From Octopus sinensis (Eukaryota), in NCBI RefSeq assembly GCF_006345805.1, contig NC_043001.1, positions 107,632,001-107,696,000 on the forward strand: a stretch of 64,000 nt of DNA, written 5' to 3'. Both the position numbers and the translations under genes were made by a program. The notes under the pieces are model-generated. The model was not told where the DNA came from and made no database searches. It saw only the letters and a list, made by a program, of their open reading frames with translations. Shown here one piece after another: positions 53,548 to 64,000 of the stretch; position 1 is the stretch's first letter; each line of letters opens with the position of its first letter.

Positions 53548-54145
53548 GCACATACACACACAAACTTGTTGCCAGTTCCAATATGCTATTGGAACTCGCA
53601 ATAAAGCCATTGGCTATATTTTCTCATAAGGAACACTTCTCGTCTTGGAGGCGAGCGAGTGCATTCACGTACACACACATACACAAACACACACACACAC
53701 ACACACACGCGCGCGCGCACACACACACACACGCACTCGCATACACACATACACACGTGTCATTGAAGTGCTTGTATCGTGAGAACGTCGAATAGAACGA
53801 ATTGCATAAATGGCTAAATTTACTTGACACCTCCGTCCTCCGAGATCAAATCTTTTTGAGGTCAACTTTGCTTTTAACTTTTCAATATCGATAATTAAAG
53901 GTTCGGTACCTAGTAACCGATTAACAGAATGTCAGAACGTCTCATCTGATGCGTTGAGGTATGTGTTTCGGTCCTGGTTTTCTGAGTTCAAAATGCGCCT
54001 CTCGTATACTTTATGGATTGAGCAACAACGGTGAAAATCTTGGAAAGACCTCATACATTCAACAAGTTCAGTCTTTTAATCATATGTCTATTAGGGAGTG
54101 TATGAAAATCGCACTGATTTCAGATTCATAATGCAAAAGAGCTAG

Positions 54146-54546
54146 TCTTTTCTGCTCTAGGCACAAGGCCCGAAATTTTGGGGGAGGGGGCCATTTGGTT
54201 AGTTCGACCCCAGTACGTACTGGTACTTAATTTATCGGCCCCGAAAGGATGAAAGGCAAAGTCGACCTCGGCGGATTTTGAACTCAGAATGTAACGGTAG
54301 ACGAAATACCTATTTCTTTACTGCCCACAAGGGGCTAAACACAAAGGAGACAAACAAGGACAGACAGACAGACGGATTAAGTCAATTATATCGACTCCAG
54401 TGCGTAACTGGTACTTAATTTACCGACCGCAAAAGGGTGAAAGGCAAAGTCGACCTCGGCTGAATTTGAACTCAGAATGTAACGGCAGACGAAATACCGC
54501 TAAGCATTTCGCCCGGCGTGCTAACGTTTCTACCAGCTCGCCGCCT
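54146..54546 (-). mobile_element. SINE family A dimer
   Basis: Headed unit plus head-truncated unit, with the same junction as the other multimers (aagaaatag|gtatttcgtc). Confidence 0.9.
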
Positions 54547-55766
54547 TTACAGAAGATATATTATATAAAAGGAATGCATTGACAACCATACACGTACAGA
54601 CTTACACACACACACACACACACACATCACATCTATGTGCCGGTATTGTGGACAGAGTGTTACACACGCGCTTGCAAGATCGTGGCTTCGCTCCTCAGGG
54701 CTGCCGTGCGTTGCGTTCTTGAACAGAACACTTCATTTCACGTTGCGCCTATGGTCAAATCTGTAAATGGGTAGACCTAAGACGAACTGACGTCCCGGTC
54801 AGACAGTGTGTTGCCCTTTCGGCCAAGCCTACAGCGTAGCATTACTTGAAAGCTAAACGAACGCCAGGAAGTACATAGTGGCCAATTGTGTAAAACAACA
54901 CCAGATAATCTGGTCGTTACAGTGATAAACTGATGTGTGTTTGTGAGTGTATGTCTGTGTGTGTATATTTGTGTATGTGTGTGTATGTGTTAGTATATGT
55001 GTGTATGTGTGTAATTAAATAACGATGCATAAATATCCGTGTATGTTTTGCACTGAACATGGAGATATGAATATAATAACCCCCATGCTCATAAATATGT
55101 ACTCGTTCATGTGTCAAACTCTTAACATATCTGGGAAAGAACTGATTTTCAAACAGTTTTTGATTGGCCGTTTTATTCAAAGTACTCAATGATCCAAATT
55201 TAATGCAAATGTTAAAATATAGATACAAGAGAAAACTATAATGGTATTCAAAAAATATTTCCAAACACAGGAAGATATTTCCCCGACAAAATTTTTTCTA
55301 ACTACTCGCGAAAATTAATACAGTATCAAATTTCTCTATAACTACATGCGCTACAATATATTCACCTATAGTTCTGCATTCACCAGCAATATTTACAACT
55401 ACTGTATTGCATTCAAAGAACCAATATTTCAAAATTAAAGTTTATGAGGCGGATATTAACATAGTCTCTCGTATGTCATTTATAATATACTGAAAGCGCT
55501 CGCTTCCTGGTAGGCTGATGACTTCTTTACATACGTGTATATATTTAGAGGATTGCTTTTGACATCGACATATAGCTATGTGAAAATAATATACATGTAC
55601 ATCATTGTACATGTGTCTATATCTAATACTTTTCCAGTTACCATTTATTTTATTCATATATGCATATGTACATATGCAAAATTATGTTTATATGTGTGTA
55701 TAAAATTTATATAGAGCATCTGCATAGCCGCAACTCTGAGCTGAAACTAAAAAAGAGAAAAAAAGA

Positions 55767-55823
<57 letters not shown>

Positions 55824-55835
55824 GGGGGGGGGTCA

Positions 55836-56250
55836 TGGCTGTGTGGTAATAAGCTTTCTTCCCAACCACATATTTCGGGTTCAGTTCCACTGCGTGGCAC
55901 CTTCGGCAAGTAGCTTCCATAGCCTCGGACCGACCAAGGCCTTGTGAGTGGATTTGGTAGTTGGAAACAGAAAGAAGCCCGTCGTATATATGTATGTATG
56001 TATGCATGTATGTATATATATTTATGTGTGTGTGTCTTTGTGCTTGTGGTTCTCTTCTCACCATCGCTTGACAACCGATGTCGGTGAGTTTACGTCCCTG
56101 TAACTTCGCGGTTCGGTGAAGCGGATTCAATAGAATATGTACTAGGTTTGCAAAGAAGACCTAGGGTCGATTTCTTCCAGGAAAACCATTTAATCGGTGG
56201 TCCAGCATGTTCGCAGTCATATAACTGAAACAAGTAAAAGAATATAAGAA
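55836..56250 (+). mobile_element. SINE family B
   Basis: tggctgtgtggtaataagc..ggttcagttccactgcgtggcacc..tail. Confidence 0.85.
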
Positions 56251-56296
56251 TATATATATATATATGTATAAATGTATATATTTATGTATCTATGTA

Positions 56297-56345
<49 letters not shown>

Positions 56346-56380
56346 GTATACATTTCTGTATGTATACATATGTATATATA

Positions 56381-56467
<87 letters not shown>

Positions 56468-56707
56468 TACATGGCGGTGCCCCAGCATGGCCACCGCTCG
56501 TGAGCTGAAACAAGATGAAATAGATGAAATAATATATATATAATATATCGTTTTTTGTATTTAGGTTACAAGGGTCTTTATGCGAATTCGCGTGTTGAAG
56601 CATATTTTATTGTGCCTGGGGAGAATCACAATAAATAAGTAAATTAGTGGATATCGAACAGGGGTTTTAATTAATAAGGCATTAAAACATAATGACTCTT
56701 TCCAGAC

Positions 56708-56768
<61 letters not shown>

Positions 56769-57181
56769 ATATATATATACATACATATGTGTGTGTATAC
56801 GAGTATATGCATATATCTATGTGTGTATGTATGTCTTTGTGCTTGTCCCCAACCAGCGCTTAACAACTGTGTTTCCTTCTTTATGTCGCCCGTAACTTAG
56901 CGATTCGTCTAAAGAAACCAATAGAATAAGTATCGAGCTTCAAAGAAAAATGGACTTGGATCGATTGGTTCGATTAAGCCATTCATAGTGCTGCTCCAGC
57001 ATGGCTGCAGTTCAATGATAAAGGACAACGCCTCGCGTGCGCGCATGCTTATGAAATGTGTGCGAGAATTTCGAATTTCTATTATGCATATTATTTCATT
57101 TGATGTTCTGTCTATCTATCTATCTGTGTATGTATGCATCTATCTATCTATCTGGTTATCTATCTCTCTGTGTGTGGGTGA

Positions 57182-57225
<44 letters not shown>

Positions 57226-57230
<5 letters not shown>

Positions 57231-57387
57231 TGGCTGTGTGGCAAGTAGCTTGCCAACCAACCACATGGTTTAGGGTTCCGTCCTTCTCGGGAAAGTGTCT
57301 TTTACACCAGCGTCAGGTTGACCAACGCGTTGAGTGGATTTGGTAGACGAAAGTGGAAGCCCCTCGTATATATATATATATATATAG

Positions 57388-57419
<32 letters not shown>

Positions 57420-57682
57420 ATGTGTGTGTATGTGTGTGTTTGTGTGCGTGTGTGTATATATGTGTCTGTGTGCACGTCTGTAGGTTTGTGTGTCTGTGTT
57501 TGCCCCCCACTATCGCTTGACAACCGATGTTGTGTGTCTACGTCCCCGTAACATAGCGATTCGGCACAAGAGACCGACAGAATAAGTACTAGGTTTACAA
57601 AGAATAAGTTGTGAGTTCGGTTTGTTCCACTAAAGGCGGTGCTCCAATAAAATGACTGAAAGAAATAAACAAATAAAAGAAT
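57226..57682 (+). mobile_element. SINE family B
   Basis: gagtggctgtgtggcaagtagcttgcc..gtccccgtaac..aaatgactgaaagaaataaac. Confidence 0.85.
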
Positions 57683-57696
57683 ATCTATCTATCATC

Positions 57697-57734
<38 letters not shown>

Positions 57735-58361
57735 TATCCATCTATCTATCTATTTATCTATCTATCTCGCTATCTATCTTTCTATCTGTATTTGTAAGAC
57801 TGCAACTACTCGAAAGTTATATAGCAGAAATTACAGTAGTCGGTTGAAGTCTTGTACATTTTAAATCGTGTATTTTTCTCTCTGAAACGTTAGACTCCGT
57901 GTGGAAGAGAGAGACTAAGACTAATACTCTTTATAAATACTTCTCAAGACACGGATAAATATATTTACGGTAACTCTGTGAGAGTGGTCAATAAATTTGT
58001 TATAATCTCGAATTACAATAGATTTGGATCTATTACCTACTATCGAATCCTATACAGGAAATGACAACTGCAAATATACTTGGTAAATATTCTGAAATGC
58101 ATATTTACCTTTCTATATTAAAATACTTCCAGAGCAAAGTCTATTTGAAATTTGCTGTTTATATATCAGATATTTTCTTAGATTGTCGAAAATCGGCGCA
58201 TGTGGGTAGTTTACGCAAATATTTGTTATATAAACTATAATATTCAGACGAACATTATTTTCAACGCCAGCTGATGAAGGCATAATAGGGTCACATACGT
58301 TGATATGTGCTTGGCAGTCAGGGAGATAATTTTATGATCAGAGGTAAAAATATATATTCTT

Positions 58362-58790
58362 ATTTTATCTTTTATCTTTCACTGCTTTCGGCCCGGAGCT
58401 GAAGCCATGCTGGTACATCACCTGTAGTTACTCGGAGTTGATTCCGGTATTGTTTTTGGTGAAGTAGCGAGTTGGACGGAGCTGTTCTTCTTCGCGTTTC
58501 CTGCCGCGATGTCGGTTCATCTGGTATTTTTAAATAGAAACTTGTCCAGATGTCCCTTGAAAACATCCACATCAACACCATGTAGATCTCTAACGTTGCC
58601 GGACAGGATGTTGAAAAATTGCGAGCCCTTGAAACCCAGACTATTGCAGTACTGTGTCCTTATTTTAGATGGGGAAGACGGGATGTTAGGAATGATGCAG
58701 TGCCGTCCATTTCAAGGATTGGTATAGTTGTCAATTCCAAAATTGGGAGCTAAACCCTCCAACATCTCCCAAGATGCATACACATAATTT
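58362..58790 (-). mobile_element. 3' end of a CR1/L2-type LINE (ORF2 C-terminus, 3' stem-loop, GATAAA-type tail)
   Basis: Minus strand: WEMLEGLAPNFGI, GRHCIIP, NSLGFKG.QFFNIL, DLHGVDVDVFKGHLDKFL, IPDEPT, RTAPSNSL, ending ..gaaagataaaagataaaa. Confidence 0.8.
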
Positions 58791-58819
58791 ACTTTTATCA
58801 GTATTATACATTAGTTTAT

Positions 58820-59362
58820 GCAATATATGTATGTATGTATATACGTATGTATGTATGTATGTATGTATGTATGTATGTATGTATGTATGTATGTATGTAT
58901 GTATGTATGTATGTGTGTGTGTATGTATGCATGTATGTATGTAAGCATGTATGCATGTATGAATGTATGCATGTATGTATGTATGTATGTATGAATGTAT
59001 GTATATATGTATGCATGTATGTATGTATGTATATATGTATGTATGCATGTATGTATATATGTATGTATGTATGTACGTACGTATGTATGTATATATATGT
59101 ATGTACGTACGTATGTATGTACGTATGTATGAATGCATGTATGTATGTAGGTGTGTATTTATGTATGTATTTATGTATGTATGTATGTATGTATGTGTGT
59201 ATGTATGTATGTGTGTATGTATGTATGTATGTATGTGTGTATGTATGTGTGTATGTGTGTATGTATGTATGTGTGTATCTATGTATGTATGTATGTATGT
59301 ATGTATGTATGTATGTATGTATGTATGTATGTTGTATGTATGTGTGTGTGTATGTGTGTATT
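58820..59362. repeat. (TATG)n microsatellite, about 540 bp
   Basis: Direct reading. Explains the 150-220 aa MYVC/HTYI ORFs. Confidence 0.97.
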
Positions 59363-59797
59363 TATATAGACAGTTCAAATTTACAGAAAACAAAAGACGA
59401 AGACAAGTGCGAGAACAACAGGTTTGAATGGAAACAGTTCACACCTTTTTAACTCTCTCGTTTAGTGTCTTATCTGAAGTACATTCTTCGATATGTTTTT
59501 GCTTTTCCTTTTTTTTTCATAGTTTATACGTTGCCCAATGCCAAATGACTGGTTACAACTAAACTAATTAAATTACCAATCTGAAAAATAAGGTAGAGTT
59601 GACCTAATTTTCGTCCGTGTATCTGCTTCGCTTTCTCTACAATTCTATTGTACTTTCGCAAAAATCACTTGTTTCAACATTGTAGTTTGTGAAGAGGACG
59701 TGTACCGCGAGGAAAGACTGGCTATAAGAGGAATCACGGGAACAGATATGGAGACAATTACGGGGAGAAACAAACTAAATATAAGAGCTTGGATCTG

Positions 59798-59827
<30 letters not shown>

Positions 59828-59828
<1 letters not shown>

Positions 59829-59947
59829 GCAGACAGACAGACAGACAGGCAGACAGACGGACGGACGGACGGACAGACAGACAGACAGACAGACGGACAG
59901 ACGGACGGACGGACGGACGGACGGACGGACGGATGGATCGATGGATG

Positions 59948-60006
<59 letters not shown>

Positions 60007-60047
60007 GGATGGATGGATGGATGGATGGATGGATGGATAGATAGATA

Positions 60048-60099
<52 letters not shown>

Positions 60100-60134
60100 G
60101 TGGATGGATGGATAGATGGATGGATGGATGAATG

Positions 60135-60177
<43 letters not shown>

Positions 60178-60191
60178 GATAGATAGATAGC

Positions 60192-60244
<53 letters not shown>

Positions 60245-60262
60245 GGATAGATAGATAGATCA
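59828..60262. repeat. Compound (GACA)n(GACG)n(GATG)n(GATA)n microsatellite
   Basis: Direct reading. Confidence 0.97.
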
Positions 60263-60879
60263 AATGTGTGTGTGTGTGTAAACAGGAAGAAAGCAAAGAC
60301 TAGATCTTCAAACGACGAAAAATAAAGTATAAATATATAGATATTTATATATTAATAGTTCAAATTTACACAGAGTATAAACGACTGAGGAGGAGGTGGT
60401 ATGATGTTATAATTCCAACAGCTGTTTCTGGAACCTCGGAGATCCGTTAAAATGTTGGTAGATGTATTTCGCCAAAATTTGCAGGTAGTAATGGAAGCGA
60501 ATAACCATTGGATAAGTCAGGTCTTCGTTTCAGTCTAGATCATGATGCAGAAATGTATTTGTGCTGGAGTTAAAATTTTGCCTGATGATGGTGAGTGTTT
60601 TTGCCATGACGTAATCTAAAAATGCAACAATAAAATACTATCGAAACAATTGTTGTGAATTTTGAAATTCAACTAGGTTCGCCTTTTATACACATATATA
60701 TATATTTCTCTTTCTATCTCTCCCTCCCTCCCTCTCTCTCTTTCTCTCTCCCTGTATATATATATATATATATATAAAGTTAATCCAAACATAAAATCAC
60801 AAAGAGAAAACACAACAACGCGAGGACGTGGAACAAGTATAGTGTTATTGGACGCTCAGGAAGGAAGGAAAGAAGGAGG

Positions 60880-60914
60880 GTTTAACGTTTCGAGCGGAGC
60901 TCTTCGTCAGAAAC
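60880..60914 (-). ncRNA. Minimal type I hammerhead ribozyme in a Penelope-type short repeat between (TA)n tracts
   Basis: Reverse complement: GUUU-CUGACGA-A-GAGC(UCC)GCUC-GAA-ACGU-U-AAAC. All stems perfectly paired, palindromic stem III, GUU triplet. Confidence 0.65.
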
Positions 60915-60972
60915 ATAGGAGAAGGAAAAATCCAAGGAAGGAAAGATCCAAGGAAGGAAAGACGGAGGAAAT

Positions 60973-61004
<32 letters not shown>

Positions 61005-61027
61005 CATACACGTACGCGCGCGCACAC

Positions 61028-61117
<90 letters not shown>

Positions 61118-63254
61118 GCACATATCTACATATAGATAGTAAAGTATAGATGTGGGTTTCTTCTAGCAGAGTTGAGAAAAGCTTTAGTTTCATATATCAT
61201 TTTATATTTCAAGTGAATCTGTTTGGTTATCTTCGTACCGGGCAACTAAAATACAATTCTTAACAACGTATGCACCAAATTACATTACGATGTTAAACTC
61301 ATCATATTTACTTAGTTGTGATGAGAAAACATTCTTTACTCTTTGGACAAGAACCATGTAAAATGTCCTATTCGATTATCATGATTTCCTTAACTAATTC
61401 TCGGCAACATATTCTGTGTTTGCTTTCCAGTGCTATCACGAAAACCACATTATTTGTTTTCGAAATCTTCTTTTTTTTTCTAAAGGATTTTTTGTATTTT
61501 TTATTATTCTGGAATCTCTACATTTTTAGAAAATAAATACTGTTTGCATAGCATTTTTGATATCTATTGTTTAAATTTTGTTTCGATTCGTATAAATATT
61601 GTCTCTCTTGATTTGATAGCAAAGACTTATTGCTAAATATATCGGGAATTCTGTGTTGTAACCGTAATGCGTTTAAAAAATGCTTTATTGGTTTACCTAA
61701 GAGGAAATATTTCCAAATGCTCATCAAAAATGGCCTCCAATACAGGATCTTAATATTCATTTTAAGTTCCATATTTTCAAAACAACGGAGAACGTAAATG
61801 TCATCTGTCTAAATTGTAACTTCTAAAAAGGAATCAATTTTATAATTTGCCCTCCCCCATTAAGTATAAAGAAAATGAAATTTCAATCGACTCATCTACA
61901 ATTAGCTTAAATGATCATTCTTTATCACTGATTTTCATAGATTTTACTTTTAAGAAAAATGATAAATTACATAGGAAATTGAATAGAATTGTTAAAAGAA
62001 ATGCAAATTATTCGACTATTTTCTTTTCATCATTCGTAGTTATGTTTTCCACTGAAGTTGACTAGATCTACATAACATCTTGAAACTCATAAATTCTAAC
62101 ACTAATCACCTCTATGGAATATTCGTATATTACACATTCAATATTTCTGTATAAAGTTGTGAAACCCACAAATTGTCCATGGCTGCATCGACAGCCAGGC
62201 AGTTGCTAGTTCATAAAATATTAATTTCTATTTTATATAATTTCAGTTGTGTCTATAAGACATAGACCCAATAGAAAAAAGCTATGCACGGGCAATCTTT
62301 TTGTTGGAAATAAGGGAAAAACCTTTCTGAATTATTTTTATAAAATGCCAACTCACTCATAGTATATATTTTATATAAAAAGTGTATGGCGGAAAATGAT
62401 ACAATTACGGTTAGAGTGTGTTGTTCATGTGTTTGATTGATCAGGACTTATCTGAGACTCTACAAGTACGACAGCATAGTTATAAGTCACTCTCACACCG
62501 ACCTCTTCACCACTACGAATATAAAAACCAACAATACCAGTGATACCAGCGGTCACGTATTTCTGAAATCACTCAATAGCGTTTAATGTGAGGAAACAGA
62601 TAAAGTACGTTTAAAATACAAATGTGGAATGTTTACAACTGAAACATCTTTGATCCTTGGTCTGTTCTTTCAATCATGGCTGAAAGAAAGTTAAACATCA
62701 AAATTTCCCTCATCCTCCTCACTCCTCCACCATTTCTACAATTTAACATCACCACCACCGCCACCGCGACTATCACATCAATGTCACTATCACTTCAACC
62801 GTCACGCCATCATCTGTCAATATTTTTTCTTCTCATATCAATTCCTGCCGCCTTAAAAAAAAATGGAAGAACACATCAGATTATTCATTCAGCGATACCT
62901 TATCTCTAAAAAAGAAAACAGAATTGTAAAGGATTGCTCACCTTTGATCATAGGTCTGTTTGAACAAGGATGACCTGTCGGCTTAACAACAATGGCTGCA
63001 GGTAACAGATAACAAGCATTTCTGTAAAACATTATCCATGAAAGATTACCGTATTATCTTGAAGAGTTAATTATCTTCCAGCTACTTAACGATAAGCACT
63101 GGTTCTGTGGATGGAATGTGTGGAGGGAATAACTGATTTGTAGTAGTTAATCCATTTAACTCTCGGCATTGGCTAATATAATTAATTTGCACTTTACGTT
63201 AGTGAGCCACTCCAATTGTAATGCCAGTTCTAATATGTCCAAGCGTATAGCGGT

Positions 63255-63450
63255 GATCCGGCAGAATCGTTACAGCACTGGACAAAATGCTTAGCGGCAT
63301 TTTACGTTCTCAATTCAAACTCCGTCCGGGTCGAGTTGCCTTTCATCCTTTCTGGGCCGATAAAATAAGTACGACGTAGGCACTAGGGTCGATATAATCG
63401 ACTTAGCTTCTGCCCCGAAATTGCTGGAGTTGAGCCAAAATTTCAAACAA
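63255..63450 (+). mobile_element. SINE family A (diverged)
   Basis: ggcagaatcgttac..aaatgcttagcggc..gcctttcatcctttc..gtcgatataatcgac. Confidence 0.75.
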
Positions 63451-63779
63451 ATATTACGTCTAAGCCTGAAGCCTATAAACTTTTAGGTATTTCGGTATTA
63501 CGAAAATTACGCCTTCACTAGTTTCTCAGGTCGCTCTTCAGCGCTACTGATAACATGTAAGCCAGTACAACCTGTCGCATGGTCGGCTCGTCAGCGACTA
63601 AACTGGCAACCCCATCAAGCTTGCTTGGTGAGGAGGGTGATTTTTGGACACCATACTCATATTGATATTGTGCGCTTTTACTTCACAATCGAAGGGTGCT
63701 ATGTGTTCATTTGCTACGAGTAAAAGTTTGCTCTAGCCGTATGCTTTTCTATTGTATTAACAATCGTGTAGGCTTAGGC

Positions 63780-63930
63780 ATGACCGTGTGGTAGGCAGTT
63801 TACTTCCCAATAAAATGACTCTGGTTCCAGTCTCAGTACGTGGAACCTTGGGCAAGTGTCTTTTGCTACAGCTCTGTGACAACCAAAGCCTTTTGAGTGG
63901 ATTTGGTTGACGGAAACTAAGAAATTGCCG
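63780..63930 (+). mobile_element. SINE family B, 5' half
   Basis: gtgtggtaggcag..accttgggcaagtgtc..gagtggatttgg. Confidence 0.8.
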
Positions 63931-64000
63931 TCATCTATATGCATTTATATATATATATATATATATATGTCTGTATAATAGAAAATTATTATCTGTAAAT

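Noticed and set aside
58268-58320. CTGATGA followed by a possible hairpin
   Set aside because: No GAAA or stem III/stem I partner, so it is not a hammerhead.
58731-59452. 150-220 aa ORFs (MYVC/HTYI repeats)
   Set aside because: Translation of a (TATG)n array.
62958-63005. 48-nt segment between AG and GTAACA that looks like an exon
   Set aside because: Stops in all three frames, and the sequence resembles a dispersed repeat tail.

Overview
AT-rich, microsatellite-dense eukaryotic DNA. The SINE and repeat types strongly resemble octopus (coleoid cephalopod) genomic DNA, but that is inference and not a database match. Most of the window looks like intronic or intergenic sequence. Only one protein-coding exon is well supported: 50503-50796 (+), a symmetric phase-1 exon encoding a coiled-coil peptide I cannot name. 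A weaker candidate exon lies near 7.3-7.6 kb. Recognisable decayed mobile elements are two R4/Dong-like non-LTR retrotransposon fragments, a Penelope-like element (RT C-terminus plus GIY-YIG), a DD37D Tc1/mariner transposase and the 3' end of a CR1/L2-like LINE. There are also more than 20 tRNA-derived SINE copies from about four families. The most striking unannotated signal is a set of fold-back (inverted-repeat) elements from several unrelated short families. Most carry type I hammerhead-ribozyme folds, including a complete one with an extended stem II inside a 415-bp-arm inverted duplication at 29.4-30.4 kb. Also notable are SINE multimers that share one exact junction and are flanked by target-site duplications, and a 3' tail shared between a SINE family and the LINE. 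Nearly all long ORFs in the supplied track are microsatellite artefacts. Coordinates were read by eye, and repeat boundaries are approximate.
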